Source of the DNA: Octopus sinensis
Taxonomy: Eukaryota
NCBI RefSeq assembly: GCF_006345805.1
Contig: NC_042997.1
Coordinates: forward strand, 25,234,001-25,298,000
Length of the DNA: 64,000 bases
Direction of reading: 5' to 3'
The notes beneath the pieces were generated by a model. The model saw only the letters and a program-made list of their open reading frames with translations. It did no database searches and had not been told where the DNA came from. Positions 26,034 to 38,403 of this stretch are shown here, in pieces. Within the stretch, counting starts at the first letter, position 1. Each line of letters begins with the position of its first letter. Position numbers and translations under genes: made by a program.

Positions 26034-26424
26034 TTATATATAAAAGTGAAGTTGTGTGTCTGTCTCCTACGATTTAGATTCCTAACTACTCCCACATTTT
26101 GCGGTGCAGTTTAACCAAAACCGGGTATCTTATAGTCGTGATTCATATCGAGCCTTTCTGGGTATTAGCGCGCGTCTACGATGAGTCTACGATTAAAAAA
26201 AAAATTACCATCACTTTTTTCCATTTTAATGCATTTTTTCGCTATTATATAAGGGAAGTAACTCTCTAAAAATGTCTACGATGAGTCAACGATTAAAAAA
26301 AAATTTACCATATTTTTTTTCCATTTTTAATGCATTTTTTGCTATTTTTTGGCTATAATTCTCTAAAAATGATTATATAGTTATTTCCCTTACAAACCCG
26401 AACAACGCCGGGCGATACTGCTAG
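26031..26424 (+). mobile_element. Complete 394-bp non-autonomous Helitron
   Basis: 5' TC (a|tctttatatataaaagtgaagttgtgtgtctgtc), subterminal hairpin cccgaacaacgccggg at 26397-26412, 3' CTAG|t, inserted at an A|T inside (TA)n with no TSD. Confidence 0.88.
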
Positions 26425-26817
26425 TATATATATATATACATGACTGACATCAACTTGTTCTTCTATGTCAGAGGCCTTGCAACGAGAATTATCATCCACA
26501 CTTCTCTTAGCAAAGAGAAGGGTTCTGTCAGTGTGCTCTGGTTGATGTGAGCGAGGTGATGTGGTCCCCTTCTCCTCTCCAGTGAATTGCACAATCATTC
26601 TATTAACTGTAGAAAGCGGGATCCCAAGATTTCTGTGATTTTACTCTGATCATGTCCGCCTTCAGAATGACCCACAATATAGCCTCTTTGAAATTCAGAC
26701 AACACCAAGGCTTCTTTTAAACAGTCACATATAGAACCTGAAGCATAAAAATATCAATTGATAAAAAAAAATATAAAGCGTTACAGGTTAGAATAAGCAT
26801 AAAACGATATTTTTTTA

Positions 26818-27265
26818 AGGCGGCGAGCTGGCAAAAACGTTAGCACGCCGGGCGAAATGCGTAGCCGTATTTCTTCTGCCGTTACGTTCTGAGTTCAAAT
26901 TCCGCCGAGGTCGACTTTGCCTTTCATCCTTTCGGGGTCGATAAATTAAGTACCAGTTACGCACTGGGTTCGATATAATCGACTTAATCCGTTTGTCTGT
27001 CCTTGTTTGTTCCCTCTGTGTTTAGTCCTTTGTGGGCAATAAAGAAATTAGAAACGTTAGCACGCCGGGCGAAATGCGTAGCCTTATTTCGTCTGCCGTT
27101 ACGTTCTGAGTTCAAATTCGCCGAGGTTGACTTTGCCTTTCATCCTTTCGGGGTCGATAAATTAAGCACCAGTTACGCACTGGGGTCGATGTAATCGACT
27201 TAATCCGTTTGTCTGTCCTCGTTTATCCCCTCTATGTTCAGCCCCTTGTGGGTAGTAAAGAAATG
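26818..27265 (+). mobile_element. Tandem SINE A dimer
   Basis: The first copy is full length; the second starts at gaaacgttagcacgcc directly after the first tail. Confidence 0.92.
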
Positions 27266-27530
27266 GATATTTTTTATGGGATATCTATTTACTTCTGTTA
27301 TACCTAAAACCTGTGTTGCTTACTGTTTAATTGATGTTGCTATCTGATACATTTCTATGCAATGTCATTGCTTCGTTATTGCTTCTGTTAGTGTTGTTGC
27401 TAAGATTTCAACTAGGATGGTTCTTGTGGATAAAGAATAAAGACATCGATTACAATGACGACGATCATGTTCTAATTTCCGACTGTTGTCGCTGCAACCG
27501 ATGATTTTTCTGCAGGTGATACTGAGGAGA

Positions 27531-28121
27531 TGTTGATGATGATGAAGACGAAAACGACGATGATAATGATAGTGATGATGCTGATAAGAATGACGATGAA
27601 GATGAGGATGAGGATGAGGATGATGAGGATGATGATGATGACGATGAGGATGATGATGATGATTATGATGATGATAATGATGAGGATGATGATGATGATG
27701 ATGAGGATGATGATGATGATGATGAGGATGAGGATGATGAGGATGATGATGATGATGATGATGACGATGAAAATGATGATGAGGATGATGATATTGATGA
27801 TGAAGACGAAAACGACGATGATAATGATGGTGATGATGTTGATAAGAATGACGATGAAGATGATGATGATAATGATGATGATGATGATGAGGATGAGGAT
27901 GATAATGATGAAGATGATGATGATGTGATGATGATGATGATGATGATGATGAGGATGATGATGATGATGAGGATGAGGATGATGAGGATGATGATGATGA
28001 TGATGATGACGATGAAAATGATGATGAGGATGATGATGACGATGAAGATGATGATGTTGGTGATGAAGACGAAAACGACGATGATAATGATGGTGATGAT
28101 ATTGATAAGAATGACGATGAA

Positions 28122-28185
<64 letters not shown>

Positions 28186-28542
28186 TTACAAGCGATGATA
28201 ACCATGAGGATGATGTTGATGCTGATAAGGAAGGTAATATTGATGCTCCTCGTAGTGCCGGCTGCCAATGCTGGTACTGATGCTCTACAGGGTTCGTCAC
28301 TTTTGTTGATGCATTCTTTGTTTACCCAATATTTTCTTCTTCTTCTTCTTCTTCTGCTTCTTCTTCTTCTTCTTCTTCATCTTCTTCTTCTTCATCTTCT
28401 TCTTCATCTTCTTCTTCTTCTTCTTCATCTTCTTCTTCTTCTTCTTTTTCTTCTTCTTTTTCTTCTTCTTCTTCTTCTTCTTCTTCTTCTCCTCCTCCTC
28501 CTCCGCCCCTCCTCCTCCGCCTCCGCCTCCTTCATTATTACA

Positions 28543-28599
<57 letters not shown>

Positions 28600-28694
28600 G
28601 TCATTATTATTATTATTGTCATTATTATTATTATTATTATTGTTGTTGTTGTTGTTGTTGCTTTTCTGGTTATTGTTATTATTATTATTATCAT

Positions 28695-28726
<32 letters not shown>

Positions 28727-28874
28727 ATTATTATTGTTGTTGTTGTTGTTGTTATTATTATTATTATTATTATGATTATTATTGTTGTTGTTGCTGTTGT
28801 TGTTGTTGTTTTTCTGGTTATTGTTATTATTATTATTATCATTAATATTATTATTATTATCATTATTATTATTA

Positions 28875-28936
<62 letters not shown>

Positions 28937-28980
28937 CATTATTATTATTATTATTATTAATTATTATTATTATTATTATT
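27531..28980. repeat. Compound microsatellite block (GAT)n, (CTT)n, (ATT/GTT)n with higher-order duplications
   Basis: Core gaagacgaaaacgacgatgataatgat...ataagaatgacgatgaag recurs at 27544, 27802 and 28065. Confidence 0.95.
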
Positions 28981-29259
28981 GCCGGTGCTCAGTGATTGCG
29001 CTGCGCTGCGGGACGAGGTGGAGCGAGGCAAGCACATTACGTAGACTATGTGGGGACGGGAGGGTTTAGGTGGCAAAGAGTCAAGGTAGGGGACGACAAG
29101 AAATGATAAGGGCGAGATGTACGAAAGTGATGCGGGGAGTTGTTGGCGAAGTACATGAAATAGAAAAACGACTGGGCCTGGGCGGTAGGATGGATGGACG
29201 GGTGTATGTCAGTGATCGGCAAGCTGGCGGCTATTTGGACTGTAAATGATGTCAAAGAT

Positions 29260-29310
29260 GAAGAAGAAGAGGAATAAGAAAAGGAAGAAGAGGAAGAAGA
29301 AGTAGTTGTG

Positions 29311-29370
<60 letters not shown>

Positions 29371-30280
29371 CAGGAACAAGAGCAAGAACAGCAACGACAA
29401 CAACAACAGAAGGAACAACAACATAAATATAAACATAAATATAAAAATAAGAAAACGTACAAGAACAACAAGTAAACAAAAGATGCAAAAAAGTATGATG
29501 TAGACTATATTTAGGGGATGGAGGCAGGAAAGGAGAGGAGAAAAAATACGTGGTGAGAATGGCAAACAAAAAGAAAAATATAAAATGGAGAATAAGGGGG
29601 GGGAAGATAAAATGAAATAGAAAAGAAATGAGATGACGAAAGAGATAATGAAGAAAAGGGAGGAAAGGAGAGAAGAAGATGAGGAGAATGAAATAGAAGG
29701 AGTAAAAGAGAGGATGGTTTACCGGAGTAAAGGAAAATAAGAGACAAAGTGAAATAGTATAGAGTGGAAGAGAAAAGAAGAGATATTAAAGAGAGAAAGA
29801 TGGATACTGCCAAATGAGGATGGTTAAGAGAAGAGCGTGAGGGAGAGAGAGATAGAGAGAGAGAGAGAGAATGAAGAGCAAGAGAGAGGCAGAGAGAGAA
29901 GAATATAAAGTTTTAAGAGTAAAAGAGAGAAAGAAGGTGAGATAAATAATAAGAAGAGACTCTGGGTTAAAGGAAGAGAAATACGAGAAAGTATGATAAA
30001 TAGCACAGGGAAGAGGAGGAGGGTGAGGAGAGACACTGAGAAAGACAGGAAAAAATAAAGACATTGACAAAAAGTAGGAGGGGAGAGAAAAGAGAAAAGA
30101 AAGGAACGATGACGGAAAGAATTGAGAAGTGGGGAAAAGAATGGAAAGGAATAAGAAAAGAACGAGAAGAAAGTTAAAAAAAAAGGGCAGGAGAAAAAGA
30201 AGAACGTAAGTAAAATAGAAAGAAGGAGTAAGAAATAAGAGGAAGATACAGTGCAAAATAGAAAGAAGGTGATGGGGGTG
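29260..30280. repeat. Polypurine (A/G-rich) low-complexity tract with (TAG)n
   Basis: Direct reading. Confidence 0.85.
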
Positions 30281-31767
30281 GTAATGGCGTTTGTTCTTAT
30301 CTCTTTCGAAGATGTGAAAGAAAGACAAAATGGCTCCCAATACTTCCGACCTCACTATTATACAACAGTTTAAACAGACGAGAGAAAAGAACTACTGGTC
30401 TATGAAACACCAAAGAGCAATAGAAAGAATGGGTTTACTGGATCGAGACAAAAAGGAAGAAACAGCTTAAGGAATAACGTCAGCAATTATTTTCAAACCA
30501 ACGTCATTGAATCCAAACAATGTTTTTCCGCCATGTAAAAGCGTCAATGTGTGAACGCCATTGTATGTTTGTGGGCAAAGTTTTGTGTATTGTTTTTGTT
30601 GTTGTTGTTGTTGTAGGTGTTGTGTCGTTTGTGATGGGGTGTGTTTGTATATTCGTATTTGTTTGGAGATGAATTCTGGGGTTTATATTTATGAATGAAT
30701 ATGTTAGGTGTGAATTTGAAACAAAAGGTTAAGAAATAATAGTCGAACGATTAGTCCATGTGTGTGTGTATGTGTGTATTTATTTATGGTGTGCGTGTGT
30801 TTGTGTGAATGTGCTCAAACGATTCTTATGTTTTTGTGCTTTTGTGTATGCAAATACGCGTGAGTTGGTACATATAAATTAAAATTAATATGAGGGGCGT
30901 TTATATAACAGAACAGAGGTGTGATGAAAGAATTAAATAAAATACACAGGCACACTCTCACATGCACGCACGCACACCTCAAAGATACATGCATAGATAC
31001 GTACTTACATACACACACGTGTGTGTGTGTGTGTGTGTAAATCGAAATGGAGCTAAGACAAATAACTCAGAATAGCCAGTGGCTTGGATACAAACAATAA
31101 AGTCGAAAATACATCAGGTGAAATAATAGATAAAATGCTTCATTTATTGAAGAACATAGACATTCCTTGCAATAAACGGCAACTGAGAGAAGATGTAATT
31201 GGACTGCGACCAAGCTGGGGCATTACTTCAAATTGTTTAATCGAACAAATCGACTCCAGCAATCATTTTGAGTGAGGCGCATATCCTATGTCAAACCGCT
31301 AAGTACTGCGTGTTATATCAAAGCTGTACTTGCTGGCAAGGTGGTGTTGGGCAAATGTAAACACGTGATTGAACACACACATACACGCATGCACACACAC
31401 ACACACACACACACACACCGAGCGCCCACATTGACTCATACAACATCCCCATCACAAATGGACCCACCACATACGCACACATACACACACTCACACGCAC
31501 ACACACACTACAACGCACACACTGTCATACACTACAACGCACACACTACAACACATGCAATCACACGAGCGTAGACTGAAAAAATTCATAGGCTGTCTAT
31601 GAAGGAGTGATGCTAGAGCTGTGAAATCTTGCATGCATTAATTTCACTCCTACCTAATTAACAACTGAATTATTTCTTTTACAGGTAAATTAACATTTGA
31701 CTTCAAATGTAATTAGTTGTAGAAATATTTTTATTTCTAAGTCTCTCAAAAGGAGACTACGGCAGCG

Positions 31768-32035
31768 GTACTGGATATTACTAGTTATCGCCAAGCTAAT
31801 ATGGCAGTCCAGAAATATAGGACGAATGTTGCCGTTGATTAACTCCAACATGCCATTGCTTCTAGCTAGCTATGTGACACACGAACCTGTGTCCATTATA
31901 ACTATAATAACGGGCACAGGTTCGTGTGTCACATAGCTAGCTAGAGGCAATGCCCTGTTGGAGCTAATCAACTGCAGCATTCGTCCTATATTTCTGGACT
32001 GCCATATTAGCTTGGCGATAACTAGTAATTAGTAG
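31768..32035. mobile_element. Palindromic MITE-like insert (~123-bp arms, ~7-nt loop)
   Basis: attactagttatcgccaagctaatatggcagtccagaaatataggacgaatg...acacgaacctgtg (31777-31899) mirrored at 31907-32029 with few mismatches. Confidence 0.85.
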
Positions 32036-32778
32036 CGTCTCTTGAAAATTTACAAAGTTTTGCATCGTGGTGTTATAATGTACATACAGGAAACGAGTTT
32101 AGCCACCAAGGACATTCATACTTGCTACATTTAGGGAATCATGCTCCAGCTTTATCAACAATACAAAAGTGAGTAGATGAATTTCGGAAGAGAAGGGAGA
32201 GTTTTGAAGGTGACCCAAGATCTGAACATCTTGAAACTGCCAACATCGAGGAAAACATTGTGTTCACCACATGCTGATAGGTGACAGGTGATTGGCAATG
32301 ACTCTAAGAGCCATTGTTGTTAGTAAAGTTGAAAATATTCTGCTCAATGAATTTTGCACTACGAAAGTTTCTACTCGGTGGCTGCCAGGTCTTCTAGCAC
32401 ATGCTCAGAAGATACCAGGCTGATCCCATTACGTTATGATCTGACATTGTTTGAGACATATCCAGCTGATATCCTTGAACGTTTCCTAACCTAGGACGAG
32501 TGTTGTGTTCATCAGTTCATCAGTTTGAGTCAAAGAGAAGGAGACAATCCATGCAGTGGAAACACTCCCTCCTTACGTGCTTTAAAGTAGGCCAAGGTTG
32601 TTTCATCTGGAAGCATAATGACGACTTCAGTCTTTTGGGATTCAAAAAACATTGTGGTCATTGGCGAACATCAAGAGCCACACCATCAATGCAAAGTATT
32701 ATGCCGACTTACTGAGGCATTTATGAAAGACTAAGAAGATCAAAGGACAGAAAATCTGACGAAAATGTCATAGTTCAT

Positions 32779-33194
32779 AGGCGCAGGAGTGGCTGTGTGG
32801 TAAGTAGCTTGAGTAACCAGCCACATGGTTCTGGATTCAGTCCCACTGCGTGGCACCTTGGACAAGTGTCTTCTGCTATAGCCCCAGGCCGACCAATACC
32901 TTGTGAGTGGATTTGGTAGACGGAAACTGAAAGAAGCCTGTCGTATATATGTATATATATGTATATGTATGTGTGTGTTTGTGTGTCTGTGTTTGTCCCT
33001 CTAGCATTGCTTGACAACAGATGCTGGTGTATTTACGTCCCCGTCACTTAGCGGTTCGGCAAAAGAGACCGATAGAATAAGTACTGGGCTTGCAAAGAAT
33101 AAGTCCCGGGGTCGATTTGCTCGACTAAAGGCGGTGCTCCACCATGGCCGCAGTCAAATGACTGAAACAAGTAAAAGAGTAAAAGAGTAAAAGG
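32779..33194 (+). mobile_element. SINE family B inserted into the mariner ORF, 7-bp TSD
   Basis: agttcat at 32772-32778 and 33195-33201; the transposase sequence resumes after the insertion. Confidence 0.93.
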
Positions 33195-33572
33195 AGTTCA
33201 TCAGGGCAAATCTTCCGCACACAAGTCCTTGGTTTCATGATTGCAGTACGCGTCTGTGACTTTGTACTGGCTGATTACCTTCTCATTACTCCTGATTTGA
33301 CTGGTAAGCAATACCGCAATAATATTGACGTCATATCTGCTGTCGATGACATTTTTCACCAACAGTATAAACGTCTCTTCACCAATGGGATCTAAGCGCT
33401 GCAACAACGACGGAAGAATTGTGTGGAGAGCAAGAGGGACTATGCTGGAAAATAAACCTGATTTGGTCCCATTCCACGCGCGTATCTTGGCCAGCATATG
33501 GACTTTTCGACTTTCGTGTACACATACATGCGATCTCACACACATACACAAAAGCACATACATATATATATA

Positions 33573-33620
<48 letters not shown>

Positions 33621-33624
33621 TATA

Positions 33625-33869
33625 TATACAATATGTTACATTACTCGGTAGTCAAGATAAAACTCTGAGTTTCAGATGCCGAAGTGGAAATCCACAACAC
33701 CATCTCTTCGGTTATCCGAAGAGATGGTGTTGTGGATTTCCACTTCGGCATCTGAAACTCAGAGTTTTATCTTGACTACCGAGTAATGTAACATATTGTA
33801 TAGATAAATTTCCTCTATTTACATAATATTGAGGTCTCTTTCTTTCTTTTGTTATCTTACCGTTTTATC

Positions 33870-33870
<1 letters not shown>
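33625..33870. mobile_element. PLE-like terminal fragment with a perfect 87-bp inverted duplication (4-nt loop) in (TA)n
   Basis: Arms 33625-33711 and 33716-33802 are exact reverse complements; the plus arm continues to 33870. Confidence 0.8.
33656..33716 (-). ncRNA. Type I hammerhead-like motif with variant core CCGAAGA
   Basis: GATAA-CCGAAGA-GATG...CATC-T-GAAA-CTCAGAGT-T-TTATC gives a 5-bp stem I, a stem II, a quasi-palindromic stem III and a GUU triplet. U4 is replaced by C. Confidence 0.6.
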
Positions 33871-33949
<79 letters not shown>

Positions 33950-34728
33950 CAAAAATATAGAACAGTATTTACAAAATATCTATAAATTCCAATTTCAACA
34001 TATCAAAATAATGTTTTCAAACTTATTGTCATAATGAATATTCCAAGGACGCACTGAGATAACATAGCAAGATTTTTAAATGCATGTTTATACTTCTGGA
34101 AACTATAAGTTTGCCCAAATATTTGCAACACAGCCTTCTCCAAAATATGAGGATAATCCAGCGTCTGCCAAATTATGTGGACTCCAGCATCATTTCATTT
34201 ATGTTGTGTGTTGTTGAAGAAGTAGAAAACTGAATAACAGAAGTGATTTTAATTTTCATACTTTAAGTAGGTATAACTTCAGAATGTGGCCCAGTCAAGG
34301 AGTTCGTTTCTTCATAAATTTCTGAAATTCCGATTTTGTTCTACATATGTTTAGATGTTGTAATTACAATTATATTTAAAAGTAATTATTTTTGATGGTT
34401 TATTCCATTCTTTCCCCAGAGTTCTTCGAATGAAATTTCGTTGGAAATCCAGGAGAATCTAGCACTAATTATTGAATACATTTTATTTTATCACAATATT
34501 CATTTCGTTTAAACAACCACAGAGGCAGCCCAGGTTGCCCATGGTCTATGTGATCGTTTAATTTGCTAGAAATAGTAGGGATCGTAGGGTCTCAACAGAT
34601 TGAATTACATCATTAAAGAATATTAAGAAACAAAGTCTAGAGGCATAAAATGTTCAACGTTCACACTTTTGCATATTAATTTCGTTATAAATGGGATCTA
34701 CTCTGCCCGAAAAATACTTTTAGATAAT

Positions 34729-34914
34729 TTGTACCTGTATTTCAAAGGGCCGGCCTTGTCACTCTCTGTGTCACGCTGAATATCCCAAGAACTACGTTAA
34801 GGGTACACATGTCTGTGGAGTGCTCGGCCACTTACACGTTAATTTCACGAGCAGGCTGTTCCGTTGTTTCGGATCAACCGGAACCCTCGTCGTCGTAACC
34901 GACGGAGCGCTTCC
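34729..34914 (+). mobile_element. 5'-truncated SINE, tail T1 only
   Basis: gtacctgtatttcaaagggccggcc...accgacggagcgcttcc. Confidence 0.9.
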
Positions 34915-35474
34915 CACAGCTTAATATTATTGAACCAGAAACAATGTCGTTTTGAAGTGCACACCTCAATCACGCAGCCATTTTTTATACACAGTTACAC
35001 ACAGGCACACATATGTAACGGAAATTTAGTGTGTTCCGTGTCGTATGTATTTGCGAAATGAACGTCGTAAGAGGCCATCACTGCCTTCGATACCTAGCAT
35101 AAACTAAACCAGTAGAATGTAATTTTCAGACATTATTCCAAGTCTTCTTCCAGAATAAGAGAATAAATAAATAAACGATTAAATAAACAAACAAACCAAT
35201 AGTAAATGTGTTTTCTAAGTTGATGTCTCTATCCATAATTACAAAAGCTTTTTCAAATTAAACGACTAATGAAACTAAAGGAAAAAAAAAATGATTGTTT
35301 TTGTTTTTCACAGGAAAAAGAAGTTTTATCGCCATATAAAATACAAGACCTTCGATGATATATTTGTTAGATTCTCACTTTGCTATTTGTTTATTTAGTA
35401 GCGATATAATTTTTTGTTTGTTTTCTTAGTGTCTTTTATTTATATTCAACAAAGTAGAAAGGATAAAGTAACAT

Positions 35475-35515
35475 TAATAACAACAACAACAACATTAATA
35501 ATATTAATAATAATA

Positions 35516-35556
<41 letters not shown>

Positions 35557-35584
35557 TATAATAATAATAATAATTAATAATAAT

Positions 35585-35654
<70 letters not shown>

Positions 35655-35693
35655 TATAATAATAGTAATAATAATAATAATAATAATAGTAAA

Positions 35694-35792
<99 letters not shown>

Positions 35793-35849
35793 TAATAATA
35801 ATAATAATAAATAATAATAAATAATAATAATACTAATAATAATAATATA

Positions 35850-35888
<39 letters not shown>

Positions 35889-35969
35889 CAATAAGAAGAA
35901 GAAGAAGAAGAAGAAGAAGAAAAAGAAGAAGAAGAAGAAAAAGAAGAAGAAGAAAAAGAAGAAGAAAAA

Positions 35970-36000
<31 letters not shown>

Positions 36001-36060
36001 AAGAAGAAGAAGAAGAAGAAGAAGAAGAAGAAGAAGAAGAAGAAGGAGGAGGAGGAGGAA
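35475..36060. repeat. (TAA)n then (GAA)n then (GGA)n compound microsatellite
   Basis: Direct reading. Confidence 0.96.
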
Positions 36061-36188
36061 TATATAGAATATTAGGATGTAGAGATTTGTGAGTTGGACA
36101 GGTGTAGTTATAATTTGGTATCATAAAATTCTAACGATGCTTTATAGCTCTCCATTCGAGAGAAACGGTGACCGCTGATGATGAAGAC

Positions 36189-36233
<45 letters not shown>

Positions 36234-36484
36234 ATGATGACGACGACGATGACGACGACGACATCTGTTAATATGGTGACGTTGACGGCGTTTTACAATT
36301 ACAACAACGCATAAAAAAAAAGGAGTCTGACTAAAACAAGACCATCCATTGGAAATATATATCTTACTTATTTGATTATATGAATAAATAGCATGAATTA
36401 TAACGAAGAATGAAATATTGATAATGATAATAACATCAACAACAACAGCAATAACAACAACATTAGCAGTTCTAGTAATAATAA

Positions 36485-36915
36485 TAATGCTTTCTACTTA
36501 AAGGCACAAGGCCTGAGTTCTTTGGAGAGTGAGTAAGTCGATTAGACAGACAAACGGTAGTTAATTTATCGACCTGAAACAAATAAAAGCCAAGTCCACC
36601 TCGTCGAAATTTGAGCACAGAACGTAGCGACGGATGAAATACCACAAGGTACTTTCTCCAGTCTAATCTAGTAATAATGATAATTGTCCTTTTCCTTTTT
36701 ATTATAGGCACATATTTTGGGGAGACACTAGATGATTACATCGACCCCAGTGCTGAACTAGTACTTATTTTATCGCCCCAATAAAGGATGGAGTTTGAAC
36801 CAGAGGAAATGTCGTTAAACATTTTTGTATGACGTGCTAACGATTCTGCTATCTTGCTGTCTTAGCAATAATAATAATAATAATAATAATAATAATTATA
36901 ATAATAATAATAATA

Positions 36916-36946
<31 letters not shown>

Positions 36947-37440
36947 CAACGACGACGACGAGGAGGAGGAGGTGGAGGAGGAGGTAGCGAGCTGGCAGAA
37001 TCGTAAAAATGCCGGGCAAAGAGCTTAGCAACATTCTGTCCGTCTTTACGTTCTGAGTTCCTTTTCCGCCAAAACCGACTTTGCCTTTCATCCATCTGGA
37101 GTCGAGAATACAAATAGCAGTTGAATAGTGTGGATCGATGTAATCGACTAATACCTTTGCCTGAAGTTGCTGACGTTGGGCTAAAATTTTAAACCAATGA
37201 TAATAATAATAACGACAATAATAATAATCTTTTCTGCTAAAGGCACAAGGCCTGGATTTTGTGAAGAGGGGAACAACCGATCACATCGGGCCTGTTACTT
37301 GACTGGTACTAAATTTATAGACCCCGAAAGGATGAAAGGCGAAGTCAGATTCGGCGGAATTTGAACTCAAAACATAGCAACAGACGAAATACCGCGAAGC
37401 ATTTCGCCAGGCGTGCTAACGATTCTGCCAGCTCACCGAT
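36485..37440. mobile_element. Cluster of four SINE A copies in mixed orientation (about 36485-36660 -, 36710-36855 -, 36985-37195 +, 37225-37440 -)
   Basis: Family A core is recognisable in each copy. Confidence 0.8.
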
Positions 37441-37443
37441 TTC

Positions 37444-37493
<50 letters not shown>

Positions 37494-37494
<1 letters not shown>

Positions 37495-38201
37495 GTGGGG
37501 GAGCATCATAGCCATGTGTTGAGAGGGATTCTTTGGGGTTTGAATAGTTCACCTCTGGAAACGTGGGTGGTTCTTTCAACATCCTTAAACAACCCTTATT
37601 CAGGGACCTTTTGAGCGGGATGGGCTACTGCTACTCAACCAGAAGAAAATTCTAACTGGGCCCCACCTGCAAGGTCATGTGCTGTTTATCTTTTTATGAG
37701 ATCACCATGTCGAGCACATATGGTTGTGATGCACGTGTACTGGTGTACCCTTATCAGACGGGTAGTCATGATTGGTATATTGGGCTTCGTATATTTTACC
37801 CCAGTGTCACTTTGATGGCATGAACTGCTCTCTCACTCAATAATAATAATAATAATAGTGGGGGAGCATCATAGCCATGTGTTGAGAGGGATTCTTTGGG
37901 GTTTGAATAGTTCACCTCTGGAAACGTGGGTGGTTCTTTCAACATCCTTAAACAACCCTTATTCAGGGACCTTTTGAGCGGGATGGGCTACTGCTACTCA
38001 ACCAGAAGAAAATTCTAACTGGGCCCCACCTGCAAGGTCATGTGCTGTTTATCTTTTTATGAGATCACCATGTCGAGCACATATGGTTGTGATGCACGTG
38101 TACTGGTGTACCCTTATCAGACGGGTAGTCATGATTGGTATATTGGGCTTCGTATATTTTACCCCAGTGTCACTTTGATGGCATGAACTGCTCTCTCACT
38201 C
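37494..38201 (+). mobile_element. Two apparently identical 345-bp 5'-truncated copies of (TAA)n-specific element D, period 363 bp
   Basis: agtgggggagcatc...ctctctcactc(aat)n at 37494-37838 and 37857-38201, sharing private variants such as ctactgctactc. Confidence 0.9.
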
Positions 38202-38403
38202 AATAATAATAATAATAATGACGATGATGATGATAATAATAATACATATTGTTTTCATTATCATTCTCATTATAATTATAATTATTATTATTATTCCTTC
38301 GTAATAAAGTGTAGTCAAAATGCACCGGAGTCATTTATCAAGTCACAAGGACCTCAGTAAGACACATAAACATAAATACAATTCAGCAGAACAACTGGAA
38401 AGT

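Larger units (their letters stand above)
31562..33520 (+). pseudogene. Full-length dead mariner transposon carrying a nested MITE and a SINE B
   Basis: Diverged TIRs cacgagcgtagactgaaaaaattcataggctg and cagcatatggacttttcgactttcgtgta. Frameshifted transposase reads HAPALSTIQK*VDEFRKRRESFEGDPRS, TKVSTRWLP, ERFLT*DECCVH, QSMQWKH, HTINAKYY, HQGKSSAHKSLVS and DVISAVDDIF...FTNGI*ALQQR..NCVESKRDY. Confidence 0.9.
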
